Source of the DNA: a virus
Lineage: Duplodnaviria > Caudoviricetes
Direction: 5' to 3' (one strand)
Virus record (IMG/VR): IMGVR_UViG_3300017714_000004
Location: 1,893 to 65,892 of that record
DNA length: 64,000 nt
Shown: positions 47,898 through 56,859 of the stretch, piece after piece
How positions within the stretch are numbered: position 1 is the first letter of the stretch
Layout: every line of letters begins with the position of its first letter
Notes under the pieces: generated by a model
The model's input: the letters and a program-made list of their open reading frames with translations, nothing else
Told to the model about the DNA's origin: nothing
Database searches by the model: none
Position numbers and translations under genes: made by a program

Positions 47898-48620
47898 ATG
47901 GCGGGAATAGAAGATTTAAAAAGCAAACTTATATCTAAGAATGGTATGGCGATGTCCAACCAGTATTCTGTAGAAATGCCCTCAGAGGTAGGAAATTCAG
48001 ACCTTGGTGGTGTTGTGACTAAACTCAAAGGAATGTCGAGTAGTACTGCTAACCTATTGTGCAAAAGTGTATCGATGCCTGGTAAACAGATTGCTACCTT
48101 AGATCGACAGATGGGTATCTTTAATGAGAAGATAGTTAACGGGTTCATAGTAGACGATGTCACAATGACCTTCTATGCATTGAACGACTATGGTGTAAAA
48201 AAGTATTTCGACTCATGGCGTTCTGCTATGGTAGGTGAGTACACTGTACCTAAAGAAGAACCAGCCGAAGAGGAAGAGGGAGAACCTAAACCTCCTAAAC
48301 CAACTCCTCTACCCAAGGGTACTGTTGGATACAAAGACGATTACGTTGCTCCGATAAAGATACATCAACTGAGAAAACCTATAGCAAGAGTCGGGTTCGA
48401 TATAGGACCTTTCAGTATAGACTTCGACCTATTGGGAGCATCTATTTACAGCGTAGAGTTGATAGACGCATTTCCAACAACAATTACTAGCATCGAACTG
48501 ACCAATGAAGCGGACGGGTTGGTAGAAGTTAGTGTAACATTCTCCTATACCAATTGGAGAGTCATCAAAGATGAACGAGGATTAGGAGAATTTAAACTGA
48601 GTTTGGGTTCAATATTTTAA
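47898..48620 (+). CDS. 54: Tail tube initiator, gp54-like
   Basis: GMAMSNQYSV...LCKSVSMPG...VTMTFY...YFDSW...LIDAFPTTITSIEL...VTFSYTNW (gp19/gp54 fold). Confidence 0.75.
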   Translation: MAGIEDLKSKLISKNGMAMSNQYSVEMPSEVGNSDLGGVVTKLKGMSSSTANLLCKSVSMPGKQIATLDRQMGIFNEKIVNGFIVDDVTMTFYALNDYGVKKYFDSWRSAMVGEYTVPKEEPAEEEEGEPKPPKPTPLPKGTVGYKDDYVAPIKIHQLRKPIARVGFDIGPFSIDFDLLGASIYSVELIDAFPTTITSIELTNEADGLVEVSVTFSYTNWRVIKDERGLGEFKLSLGSIF

Positions 48621-48636
48621 ATTATAGGATTACATA

Positions 48637-49344
48637 ATGGCATTACCTAAGTTAAACGCATCACCAACATATGAATTAAACGTACCATCTACAGGACAAC
48701 TAGTTACTTTCAGACCCTTCCTAGTGAAGGAACAAAAGAATCTATTGATTGCAATAGAGACACAAGAGAGGCGCGACATGATGCGAGCCATTGTGAGAAC
48801 TATTGAGTCCTGTGTAGAAGAGACAATGAAGGACTTGACTATTTTCGATGTGGACTATATGTTCACTAAGATACGTGCAAAGTCTGTCGGGGAAACTGCA
48901 ACACTGATTATTCCATGTGAAGAATGTAATCAAGGTTCCGAAGTACCGATAGAACTAGAAAGGATTATGCTACAGGGAGAAGTGGTTGATAATAAGCTTA
49001 TTGAGTTGACAGACGATATTTCTGTACAGATGAGATACCCGACCTATGCGGACTTTATGGACAATGATAAGTTGTTTCAAGATACTTCTTTGACTGAGAC
49101 TATTTTGGAAATGGTGATGACTTGTATAGCATCAATCAACACCTTAGAAGAGAAGTTCTCTACAAAGGATGAACCACGAGAAGAACTAGTCAACTTTGTA
49201 GAATCTATGTCAGCCGAACAGTTTGAAAAGGTGACAGAGTTTGTGAACGGAATACCGACAATAAAACAAGAAGCGGACTTTGTATGTGACCATTGCGGTC
49301 ATCACAACGATCGTATACTAAAAGGAATGGATGATTTTTTTTAA
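48637..49344 (+). CDS. 26: Baseplate hub assembly protein gp26
   Basis: MALPKL..PTYEL.VPSTG..V.FRPFLVKEQK...IRAKSVGE...C..C...MRYP...CDHC...GMDDFF. Confidence 0.92.
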   Translation: MALPKLNASPTYELNVPSTGQLVTFRPFLVKEQKNLLIAIETQERRDMMRAIVRTIESCVEETMKDLTIFDVDYMFTKIRAKSVGETATLIIPCEECNQGSEVPIELERIMLQGEVVDNKLIELTDDISVQMRYPTYADFMDNDKLFQDTSLTETILEMVMTCIASINTLEEKFSTKDEPREELVNFVESMSAEQFEKVTEFVNGIPTIKQEADFVCDHCGHHNDRILKGMDDFF

Positions 49345-49526
49345 TAAATCTCTCCCATGATAACTTGGCAAACTACTATCAAGTTAACTTCCAACTAATG
49401 AACAATTACAGTTACTCATTAGATGAAGTGGAAAGTATGTTGCCTTGGGAGAGAGAGATTTACTTGAGTATGTTAATCGATGATATTAAAGAAAAAAACG
49501 AGAGAGCAAAACAACAACAAGGTTAA
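49335..49526 (+). CDS. 51: Baseplate hub assembly catalyst gp51 (no clear own start; possibly reached by a -1 frameshift from gp26)
   Basis: Hand translation of the -1 frame: FFLINLSHDNLANYYQVNFQLMNNYSYSLDEVESMLPWEREIYLSMLIDDIKEKNERAKQQQG; YSL.E.E.M.PWEREIY is the gp51 hallmark. Confidence 0.8.
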   Translation, partial: FFLINLSHDNLANYYQVNFQLMNNYSYSLDEVESMLPWEREIYLSMLIDDIKEKNERAKQQQG

Positions 49527-49529
49527 ACC

Positions 49530-51149
49530 ATGGCACTTTCAACACTAGCAGATACTTTAAGATCACAAAACACGCAACTGGTCAACATCAATGATGGTAT
49601 CAGTAGTATTGATGCATCTTTCTCTAAATGGTTTGTTGCACAAGAACAGGCAAGACTAGAAGACCTAGAACGCGAACGAGATAACGCCGCGGCATCTGGG
49701 GGTGGTGGTTCTGGTGGTGGTCGAACCGGATCCGGTGGTTCTGGTGGCGGAGGCGGTGGTGGTGCTGGAGGCATGTTTGCTGGAATAGGTGCTGCATTAG
49801 GTTTGGGTAGACTGAGTGGGGGTCTTGCTAAAGCAGGTATCTTCGGTCTTACTCAGATGATGTCCGAAACTCTAGGTACTGCTGTCGCAGAAATGACTGG
49901 GGATAATGAACTAGGTGCCGCAGCCGCGAATGCTGCTAAGTTCGGTGGTATAGGTGCATTGTTCGGAAAGAGATTCGCAGTACTGGGTGCAGTCGCGGGA
50001 GCGTTTGCTACTCCAGAAAACATAGAAATGTTAGGGGAAATTGGAGATACTTTAGGACAGAGAGGAAAAGAAGTAAAGGATGCACTCGCTGGATTGAATA
50101 TAGCATTACCATCTTTGTCAGATGTTTACAAAACACTTGCGGACGGTAGTCATGAAATACTAAGTGGAGTTAATTCATTACTCAAGGGTGACGTTCAAGG
50201 TATGGCTGAAAACGTAACTGGTTTTGCAGCGGTCGGTGGTATTGCTAATGCAGCGAACTTGAAATTGAACAAGAAACTGAATGCAGGGAAACCTCCTACG
50301 CCTACCAACCCAGCATCATCTATGACTAAACAGGAAAGAATAACCGCGAACAATAAGACTGCATCTAACCTGAGTAAAAAGAAATTAAAAGCACTTGCAG
50401 ATAAGGGAATTACTGTAGACAAGGGTGGAATGAAACAGAACGGAAAGTTCATGTCCGCTGATAAGATGGATGATGCATTGAAAAGTGTTAAGGCGCCTAC
50501 TTCGGGTCAAGCAAAAGGTTTGGCAGCCGCAATGGCGAAATACAAGAACTTTGGTAAGTTCATGAAATTACCTATAGTAGGTCAACTTGCATCTGTCGGT
50601 ACCATTGGATTAGTATTAGCAAACGATGACTTGTCTGCCTCAGAAAAAGCAGCAGAAATCGCTGGAGCATTGGGTGGTATCGGTGGTGGTACTCTTGGTG
50701 CACTTGCAGGAGCAACACTAGGTACTACTGTCGGGGGACCCTTCGGTACTGTTGCTGGCGGATTAGTCGGTGGTATACTGGGTGGTTTCTCAGGGGATTA
50801 CTTAGCGAAAAACATTGCAGAGTGGATGATAGGTGGTGGCGGTGAACTAATAGACACCATGAAAGAAATTACTACAATGGGTGGTGGCGGTGCTGCTACT
50901 GCTGTTGGTGGTAGTAGTGGTGTAACTGGTGCACCGCCTGCAATGAAGATGCCAACCGCAACTGGTGCGCAGATTAAAGACGGTACTACACAATCACAGG
51001 CACTCGCTGGACTGGGTGGTGGCGGGACAACCGTAGTTGCTCCATCGTCATCTAATGTTTCCAATACAAGTAGTAACACAAGTCTAGTATCAGGTGCAGT
51101 CATGTCATACGATAGTTACGACCCACTATCAGGCACCAGAGCCTCATAA
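49530..51149 (+). CDS. Tape-measure/hub protein candidate (gp29 position, 539 aa)
   Basis: Follows gp26/gp51; Gly/Ala-rich hydrophobic helices (GALAGATLG...GGLVGGILGG) and a C-terminal TTVVAPSSSNV motif. Confidence 0.6.
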   Translation: MALSTLADTLRSQNTQLVNINDGISSIDASFSKWFVAQEQARLEDLERERDNAAASGGGGSGGGRTGSGGSGGGGGGGAGGMFAGIGAALGLGRLSGGLAKAGIFGLTQMMSETLGTAVAEMTGDNELGAAAANAAKFGGIGALFGKRFAVLGAVAGAFATPENIEMLGEIGDTLGQRGKEVKDALAGLNIALPSLSDVYKTLADGSHEILSGVNSLLKGDVQGMAENVTGFAAVGGIANAANLKLNKKLNAGKPPTPTNPASSMTKQERITANNKTASNLSKKKLKALADKGITVDKGGMKQNGKFMSADKMDDALKSVKAPTSGQAKGLAAAMAKYKNFGKFMKLPIVGQLASVGTIGLVLANDDLSASEKAAEIAGALGGIGGGTLGALAGATLGTTVGGPFGTVAGGLVGGILGGFSGDYLAKNIAEWMIGGGGELIDTMKEITTMGGGGAATAVGGSSGVTGAPPAMKMPTATGAQIKDGTTQSQALAGLGGGGTTVVAPSSSNVSNTSSNTSLVSGAVMSYDSYDPLSGTRAS

Positions 51150-51173
51150 AAAAAGGGGGACCGAAGTCCCCCC
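51148..51173 (-). terminator. Rho-independent terminator with UUCG loop after gene 32
   Basis: Minus strand reads GGGGGAC-TTCG-GTCCCCC-TTTTTTT at the convergence of the two transcription units. Confidence 0.9.
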
Positions 51174-51196
51174 AAATCTATCAACTGTAATATATC

Positions 51197-52141
51197 TTAC
51201 TCTTCGGCAGCCATCTGCGCGAAGTATGATAGTGTGTCATCCGCAGCTGCGACAGCAGCAACCGGAGCAGGAGCAGCTGCAACAATAGTAGGTTCAGAAG
51301 AAGTGTCCCACGGTGGAGCCTCTTCCGCACTTGCAAGTGCTTCGTTCTTCAAAGTTGAACCGGCACCAGTCGCAAGACCTAGTACTGTCTCTAACTTCTG
51401 CTTCAACTCATCGTAAGACTTGAACCACTTTGCATCGTGTGCATTCGGATAGTCTGGTACTATGAATTCGTTCAAGTCATACAGTGTATTGTACACTGCT
51501 TCAAGTTGAGTCTCATCAGCACCCAAGAACTGAGAAGGTGACTTAAAGTCTGACTTATCATAGTTACGGTATCCCGCAACGTTACGAATCTTCAGTTCGA
51601 AGTCCGCACCGCCCCAGAAATCAAAAGGATTGACCGGAGTCTCGCCTGGGAATTCTGGTTGCATCTGGTCCATGATCTTATCAAAGATCTTCTTACCGAA
51701 CTCGTAGATGAATGACTTGCCATTGTTGGCAGGGTTTGCAGGGTCGTTAATAACTTGAATGTTAGTAACGTAGTGTAGACGACGCTTCTGGCGACGTGCA
51801 GTTTCTTTGTCTTCTTCGATGCCTGAGTTCCACAGACGTGAGTTCAACTCACCTAATGGATCGTTCTGACCTAGGGTCGTTAGTGAACGCTCGATGTACC
51901 ACTGTCCGGTTGGACCCTTGAATGCGTGATCCCAGTAGCGAACCCACGGTAGGTCTTGACCTTCAGTAGCAGGAAGAAAACGAATCACGGCGTAACCATT
52001 ACCTTGTTCATCAACGGTAGGTTTCCACTTGCGATCGTCTTGGTATTTGTTGGTGTTAGATGCTTGACCGGATGCTTCGGTAGCAGCGGTGACAAGCTTA
52101 GAGATGTCCATAGACTTGGACTTTAGATTTGCAAAAGACAT
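51197..52141 (-). CDS. 32: Single-stranded DNA-binding protein gp32
   Basis: DDRKWKP..D..GNGYAVIRFLPA...HAFKGPTGQWYIE.SLTT...GKKIFDKI...NPFDFW.GADF.LKIR...NYDKSDF...LSYFAQMA. Confidence 0.97.
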   Translation of the reverse strand: MSFANLKSKSMDISKLVTAATEASGQASNTNKYQDDRKWKPTVDEQGNGYAVIRFLPATEGQDLPWVRYWDHAFKGPTGQWYIERSLTTLGQNDPLGELNSRLWNSGIEEDKETARRQKRRLHYVTNIQVINDPANPANNGKSFIYEFGKKIFDKIMDQMQPEFPGETPVNPFDFWGGADFELKIRNVAGYRNYDKSDFKSPSQFLGADETQLEAVYNTLYDLNEFIVPDYPNAHDAKWFKSYDELKQKLETVLGLATGAGSTLKNEALASAEEAPPWDTSSEPTIVAAAPAPVAAVAAADDTLSYFAQMAAEE

Positions 52142-52204
52142 AATATTTCCTTAAATATAAACTTAAATATAAACAATGTATGAGATTACCCATAAGGGCA
52201 TAAC

Positions 52205-52212
52205 TATTTATA
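52205..52212 (-). promoter_or_regulatory. T4-type late promoter upstream of gene 32
   Basis: TATTTATA on +, overlapping the gp33 stop. Confidence 0.65.
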
Positions 52213-52444
52213 CGTCTAGTGTGTTCTGCTTTGGCAGAAAATTCAACTGACGTGCTTCACTCTCAAGATGTTCGACGATAGTTGGAGACAAGTACTTCTT
52301 GATGTCTTCCAGCTCTAATCCGTTCTTCTCACAGAGATGTACAATGGAATCCATGTACGACATTCTGTTTTGAAATACGAAACTTTCGATCATCGCAGAG
52401 AATGATTTCTTGGTTAGGAACTTCTCTTCAGTTTTCTCATCCAT
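52208..52444 (-). CDS. 33: Late transcription coactivator gp33
   Basis: FSAMIE...SYMDSIVHLCEKNGLELE...LS..I.E.LE.EA..LNFLPK. Confidence 0.88.
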   Translation of the reverse strand: MDEKTEEKFLTKKSFSAMIESFVFQNRMSYMDSIVHLCEKNGLELEDIKKYLSPTIVEHLESEARQLNFLPKQNTLDV

Positions 52445-52697
52445 TGATTACCTCAATCGCTCTGACATTATCAACGCGGAATGACCGCCATGATTGCTTG
52501 TCGATTGCGAATGCGCGAATCACAGATTTGTTAACTGAGAAGTCGTCCACTACTGCAACTTTGGATTCAGACAATTCAGGCATATAGTCAGTTTGGAGAG
52601 TACAAGGCATAACGCGTTCCTCACCATTGACTTTACTAAAAGTCACCTGAAGGACATTGTCCCGTAGTTGACTAACGATACTATCATAATTAAACAT
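52437..52697 (-). CDS. Small SH3/WYL_2-like beta-barrel protein
   Basis: Likely start MFNYD at 52697 (GGAG RBS); VTFSKVNGEERVMPCTL...DKQSWRSFRVDNV motif. Confidence 0.75.
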   Translation of the reverse strand: MFNYDSIVSQLRDNVLQVTFSKVNGEERVMPCTLQTDYMPELSESKVAVVDDFSVNKSVIRAFAIDKQSWRSFRVDNVRAIEVING

Positions 52698-52707
52698 TGA
52701 CTCCTCC

Positions 52708-53016
52708 TTAGAATCGTTCAAATTCAGCGTCCTCCGCTGTTGCTTCTTCTTCAGACGCCTCTGAGTGTACTGCTTCAAGAAACTCTTCGCTACCATCTAG
52801 TACCGCAATGGTGTGTTCGAATGCTTCAAGTGTAGCGAGAACGTTCTTACGCGTCTCATCCTCTTCATCTAGACTCGCATAATCTTTACCAAAAGATTCT
52901 AGAGTATCTAGATAAACGCAACGCAAAAACTCACGTGAGATGAGCTCTACATCGTTACGGGTATATTGACCTAAATCAATTAGGTTCTCAGGCATTGGTG
53001 TGGACATTAATTCCAT
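52708..53016 (-). CDS. Hypothetical acidic protein
   Basis: ORF packed in the gene run; no recognisable motif. Confidence 0.65.
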   Translation of the reverse strand: MELMSTPMPENLIDLGQYTRNDVELISREFLRCVYLDTLESFGKDYASLDEEDETRKNVLATLEAFEHTIAVLDGSEEFLEAVHSEASEEEATAEDAEFERF

Positions 53017-53231
53017 TCCTCGTTGTGGGTTGATTGACGGACATCGGAGAAGAGATTGTTAACGAACTTATCTTCATCTCCCCAGCGTACATCGGATTTA
53101 TAGTCTTGACGATCAAGACCTACTACTTCGTTCGCTAGACGTTGGTTTGACTTGCGAACCTTACTACGCTTCTGGATCTTGAGTGCTGCCGCACGAACCA
53201 TTGCGTAACGTACTTCTTTACTTACTGCCAT
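53007..53231 (-). CDS. Hypothetical protein (74 aa)
   Basis: ORF with an AAGG RBS, in the gene run. Confidence 0.6.
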   Translation of the reverse strand: MAVSKEVRYAMVRAAALKIQKRSKVRKSNQRLANEVVGLDRQDYKSDVRWGDEDKFVNNLFSDVRQSTHNEEWN

Positions 53232-53232
53232 A

Positions 53233-53261
53233 ATTATACCTTATATGTAGGGGGTTGTCAA
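53233..53261 (-). promoter_or_regulatory. Sigma70-type promoter
   Basis: Minus strand reads TTGACA-17 nt-TATAAT, a perfect consensus, upstream of the block leading to genes 33/32. Confidence 0.7.
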
Positions 53262-53265
53262 GTGG

Positions 53266-53448
53266 CTAGAATCCATTATTTGGATACAGTTCATCTTTGG
53301 TTAACTGACCGCGTTTCTTCGACTCCTTCTTACGGTCGACGTGGGTAGAGGCGCGATTGAATCGCCCCGCATACTTCGCGACCGGATTCGACCGCTTGGT
53401 AGATTTCTTCTTCATTGTCATATGCCTCGTTTTCCCATGGCTGATCAC
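53266..53448 (-). CDS. Small basic hypothetical protein
   Basis: NPVAKY..RFN....H.DRKK motif seen in small phage proteins; the true start is probably an internal ATG. Confidence 0.5.
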   Translation of the reverse strand: MISHGKTRHMTMKKKSTKRSNPVAKYAGRFNRASTHVDRKKESKKRGQLTKDELYPNNGF

Positions 53449-53821
53449 AGTACTTCATATTCTCATACTCTTGACCATCGAATATCCATTTATAAGACAT
53501 CACACCTTCATTCAGAGTTAGTCCAGTATGAATCAATCGACCACTTAGTATCTGTACTGCATGAATCATCTCATGGGCAATGTTGATTTTCATTTGTTTC
53601 TCATCGACCCGTTTGCCTTCGAAGTACTCAGCGATAGAGATATCAACTTGATCCTCATCGCCGTCAACTAGTCCAGCGAACGTACCTAGCTCTTCTACAA
53701 ACTCAAGTTCAACATAGCCGGGTAGATTAGATATCCCTAGGAACTCTGCCACCTTGTGAACATAGGTGGACATCTCATAACTAGGGGACTCAGAAATATC
53801 AACATTGACCGCATACTTCAT
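53330..53821 (-). CDS. Putative zinc metallopeptidase (HEMIH)
   Basis: Likely start MKYAVN at 53821; IAHEMIHAVQ and Y.DQPWENEAY motifs. Confidence 0.7.
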   Translation of the reverse strand: MKYAVNVDISESPSYEMSTYVHKVAEFLGISNLPGYVELEFVEELGTFAGLVDGDEDQVDISIAEYFEGKRVDEKQMKINIAHEMIHAVQILSGRLIHTGLTLNEGVMSYKWIFDGQEYENMKYCDQPWENEAYDNEEEIYQAVESGREVCGAIQSRLYPRRP

Positions 53822-53822
53822 A

Positions 53823-54128
53823 TTAGTTATCCGACCTAATACCAGCATCATAGTTGTCATCGCTGTCGTAATCGAACAGAGTAGACCAGACACGAAGTTT
53901 GAACAACTTTTCTGTTCTCGCCTCCTCAACAGCAGTGTACGACACTACTTCCCATTGTTGTAACAACTCAATCATGCAAACAAGGTCGCCGACCTCTTTA
54001 GCAAGTAGAGACAGGTTGTGTTGATCCTGACCGAACCGCTTTACCTTCGACACTCTTTGAATGACCTCGGCACATTCTTCTTGCAGAATGGTGAGCAGTT
54101 CGGTACAGCTATCGTTATGTCGTAACAT
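53823..54128 (-). CDS. MazG-like NTP pyrophosphohydrolase
   Basis: LQEECAEVIQ..SK..RFG...L.KEVGDL (EExxE...ExxD). Confidence 0.75.
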   Translation of the reverse strand: MLRHNDSCTELLTILQEECAEVIQRVSKVKRFGQDQHNLSLLAKEVGDLVCMIELLQQWEVVSYTAVEEARTEKLFKLRVWSTLFDYDSDDNYDAGIRSDN

Positions 54129-54448
54129 TAAAACTCCACTCGATCATGGAAAGGAACCGCACCGGAGAACTCAGCTCCAGTAATCTCACGAACTTTGTTT
54201 CTAAAACGACTGTCAGAAGTAGCGACGAACGTACCACCCATCATCGGACGTTCTTCACATAGATAGGTTGGACGTACGAAACAGGTGCCGCGAGCGTAAC
54301 CATCGACCAACTCAACCGCAGGGCGACCCACGGTTGGTTCGAAAGGACCTTCGACGTTCACTATAGTCACTTCAGTGAATCGTGAACTCATACCACCAGC
54401 AGAAGAGTCGCGGTTATCTGCTCGATAAATGTTTGCAATTATACCCAT
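54128..54448 (-). CDS. Conserved phage hypothetical protein (106 aa)
   Basis: EGPFEP...MMGGTFVATSDSRF...GAVPFHDRVE. Confidence 0.7.
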   Translation of the reverse strand: MGIIANIYRADNRDSSAGGMSSRFTEVTIVNVEGPFEPTVGRPAVELVDGYARGTCFVRPTYLCEERPMMGGTFVATSDSRFRNKVREITGAEFSGAVPFHDRVEF

Positions 54449-54458
54449 ATCAGTATTC

Positions 54459-54650
54459 CTAGTGAAAGGTTGCTTGTTGAAACTCTAGTTCTTGTTCGAT
54501 GAGACTCATCATCTCATCGTTGTTAAGACCTATAGCAGACAATGTTTCTATTGCGGTGTTAGAGTCGATAACATCATCAAGAAAAGAATCTATGACATCA
54601 CGAACCGCCTCACCAATCTCGCCAGTGGCGAACCACGCTACATTACTCAT
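54459..54650 (-). CDS. Hypothetical protein (63 aa)
   Basis: ATGA-coupled ORF in the early gene run. Confidence 0.6.
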   Translation of the reverse strand: MSNVAWFATGEIGEAVRDVIDSFLDDVIDSNTAIETLSAIGLNNDEMMSLIEQELEFQQATFH

Positions 54651-54883
54651 GACTTAGCCTTAACAACTTTATTGTTTTTGAACTCAGTACCAACTGGACC
54701 GACCAACTTACCGACCAACCAGAAGTCTTCTGCTTGCAATTTAGAAACGTCGTTAGAGTAACCTTCTTGAACGAAGTCTGGACCTAACTCGTTGTAGTTG
54801 TTAAGGAAATGAACAGCAGCTTCGACAGTGTCGAAAGTCTGTGCATGGTGATTGTTTGACATTTTGGGTTTTGCGTAGAACAT
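54647..54883 (-). CDS. Hypothetical protein (78 aa)
   Basis: First ORF after a promoter, with a GAGAG RBS. Confidence 0.65.
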   Translation of the reverse strand: MFYAKPKMSNNHHAQTFDTVEAAVHFLNNYNELGPDFVQEGYSNDVSKLQAEDFWLVGKLVGPVGTEFKNNKVVKAKS

Positions 54884-54907
54884 AATTTAAATCTCTCTCT
54901 TCATTAG

Positions 54908-54947
54908 TTTATGTAGCCATTGTACCTGTTTTTGAAACATTTGTCAA
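54908..54947 (-). promoter_or_regulatory. Early promoter copy 1
   Basis: TTGACA-17-TACAAT-GGCTACATAAA. Confidence 0.8.
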
Positions 54948-54956
54948 GGGCTTTGC

Positions 54957-55118
54957 TTAATTTTTTTTAGCAATTGCATGTAAATATTCACGTTTCAGAA
55001 ACCACTTGTATTTTGCAAAGTAATCCTTTGCCTTGTAGTCTGGACGTTTACCTGTGTAGAGTTCAACCTCATCACAGTGCTCGAACCACATTAGATTACA
55101 CCAACGTCTAAAAGTCAT
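54957..55118 (-). CDS. Small hypothetical protein
   Basis: Likely start MTFRRWC at 55118; YF..YKWFLKREY motif. Confidence 0.6.
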   Translation of the reverse strand: MTFRRWCNLMWFEHCDEVELYTGKRPDYKAKDYFAKYKWFLKREYLHAIAKKN

Positions 55119-55119
55119 A

Positions 55120-55503
55120 TTATGCCACCAACTGATAAGGTTTGTTGAACTGCCCGACGTTGATGTCGATGTAGTGACTTCTGAAGAAGTAGTCAGTCGC
55201 GCTGTCGTCTTCACAGAAGAAGTCAGGCCCTTCCATAGCAGCCTTTAACTCAGTTAAGAACGCAACAACTTCTTCGTTGTCGTAGTTTTCAGCAATCCAG
55301 TACGGATTGACCTGAACGTAGTCACGAGGACCGTACTCACTGACAGGTAACGCTCCGATGATATCGAGAGCACCACTCTTAATGTTACACACCAAACTGC
55401 TGTGATGACGAATGGCAAGAGTGCCTTTCATGTTGTACTTCTTGAGGACCGCTTTGATCGCGGGGGTTAATTTCTTTTTATCTTCTTGACTTACATATGC
55501 CAT
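55120..55503 (-). CDS. Conserved early phage protein
   Basis: Start MAYVSQEDKK at 55503; C-terminal D.SATDYF...YIDINVG...KPY. Confidence 0.7.
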   Translation of the reverse strand: MAYVSQEDKKKLTPAIKAVLKKYNMKGTLAIRHHSSLVCNIKSGALDIIGALPVSEYGPRDYVQVNPYWIAENYDNEEVVAFLTELKAAMEGPDFFCEDDSATDYFFRSHYIDINVGQFNKPYQLVA

Positions 55504-55524
55504 AACAAATTTCTCTCTCATTAA

Positions 55525-55563
55525 TTTATGTAGCTATTATAACAAATTCTGAATAATAGTCAA
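55525..55563 (-). promoter_or_regulatory. Early promoter copy 2
   Basis: TTGACT-16-TATAAT-AGCTACATAAA with an extended -10 TG. Confidence 0.8.
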
Positions 55564-55574
55564 CACTTTTTTAG

Positions 55575-55757
55575 CTATTTCTTAGACCGATTTGATATAA
55601 GGGTATTCCAAAAAGTTCTTAACCAACCACCCTCTTCCCACATCAATGGTATGCGCTCTCCCAGTTCTTTCTCTTCTTCCATGTGTAGGTTGACGTATAA
55701 CAGCAAAGCGAGGAACCCAAACAAACCAAAACCGATTATGTCGTAAACCAGTTCCAT
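55575..55757 (-). CDS. Small membrane protein
   Basis: Hydrophobic IIGFGLFGFLALLLYV segment. Confidence 0.55.
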   Translation of the reverse strand: MELVYDIIGFGLFGFLALLLYVNLHMEEEKELGERIPLMWEEGGWLRTFWNTLISNRSKK

Positions 55758-55957
55758 TACTTCACCCACACATGGTTGTATTTCGTAGGAAGAACTTCAC
55801 ACGTGTAGCTATCGTTCTCAGCATAGTTGATAACCTTGACACACTCTCCAGTCATATTGCTAACATGAACATCGGGCATATCAATAACAGCAGTACAATA
55901 AACAAGGGCAAGGGATACAGCAACAAGACTAAAAACAGTTTCAGACAAACCTTTCAT
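55757..55957 (-). CDS. Small membrane-anchored protein
   Basis: N-terminal hydrophobic helix, then PDVHVS..TGECVKV...C..LP.KY.HVWV; GGAG RBS. Confidence 0.65.
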   Translation of the reverse strand: MKGLSETVFSLVAVSLALVYCTAVIDMPDVHVSNMTGECVKVINYAENDSYTCEVLPTKYNHVWVK

Positions 55958-55966
55958 ATTAACTCC

Positions 55967-56593
55967 TTATGCGACAATTTTTATAGGGGCACGGTCAACT
56001 GCTTTCAACCATGCTTCAGGTGATTTGATGATAGGTCTGGAAACTCGTAACTTTTTTTCACGGAAACATTTCTTCAATGCCTTAGCTTCCTCTCGACCTA
56101 GAAATCTTGAGACCAATCGAATCAGACACTCACGGAATCGATAGTCATGTTTACTGAACCCAGCAGCATGTGCGAGTTCATGTAAGACAACATACTTGTT
56201 CATGCCACTATCACTCAATCGAATGAGATCACCATAACAGACACCTGACAAAGAGTTTGATCTCATCTGTTCGATCTGGATAGTCTTACATGCAGATCTC
56301 AGTCCAATCGCTGGATCATTTTTATGATTGAAATTCTCCCACAATTTAGATTTTAGTACACGTTTTGCAAACGACTGACATTCTTTCAATGTGAGTTCTT
56401 TTGTTACGTGAGGGTAGTTGGCTTCGAATTTCCATTCTGCATTATAAGTCTTGCTCCTCTCAGAATCTTTCCATCCATGAGCATTCTTTCGAACTACATA
56501 CTGATAATACTTGTATGCGATTTCTTCATCCATCACTTTGATAGCATCAGTGTAGTAGTGACGGTATTTTTCATGCCAAACTCGATAACCCAT
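55967..56593 (-). CDS. Putative zincin metallopeptidase (HELAH, SprT-like)
   Basis: VVLHELAHAAG...HDYRF motif. Confidence 0.7.
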   Translation of the reverse strand: MGYRVWHEKYRHYYTDAIKVMDEEIAYKYYQYVVRKNAHGWKDSERSKTYNAEWKFEANYPHVTKELTLKECQSFAKRVLKSKLWENFNHKNDPAIGLRSACKTIQIEQMRSNSLSGVCYGDLIRLSDSGMNKYVVLHELAHAAGFSKHDYRFRECLIRLVSRFLGREEAKALKKCFREKKLRVSRPIIKSPEAWLKAVDRAPIKIVA

Positions 56594-56603
56594 AAATCTC
56601 TCT

Positions 56604-56798
56604 CTAAATTATATCAAAGGACATTGTGTGCATTATGCGTCTTCCCTTCGAGGAAGTTACACTTTTATCACCCGACCACATGTCTATAACGTGGCCACAT
56701 GTAGTCACCATCTCATCTTCATTAGACGTTAAGATTTCGAAGTCTCTAACTATCTCTTGATTAGTGGTAATCGTTAATCCAATGCATCTGATCTTCAT
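56604..56798 (-). CDS. Hypothetical protein (64 aa)
   Basis: First ORF after promoter copy 3. Confidence 0.55.
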   Translation of the reverse strand: MKIRCIGLTITTNQEIVRDFEILTSNEDEMVTTCGHVIDMWSGDKSVTSSKGRRIMHTMSFDII

Positions 56799-56816
56799 TT
56801 CTCTTCCTTCTTTGAC

Positions 56817-56855
56817 TTTATGTAGCTATTATACCACAGTGAGTATTAGAGTCAA
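56817..56855 (-). promoter_or_regulatory. Early promoter copy 3
   Basis: TTGACT-16-TATAAT-AGCTACATAAA. Confidence 0.8.
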
Positions 56856-56859
56856 GGGC

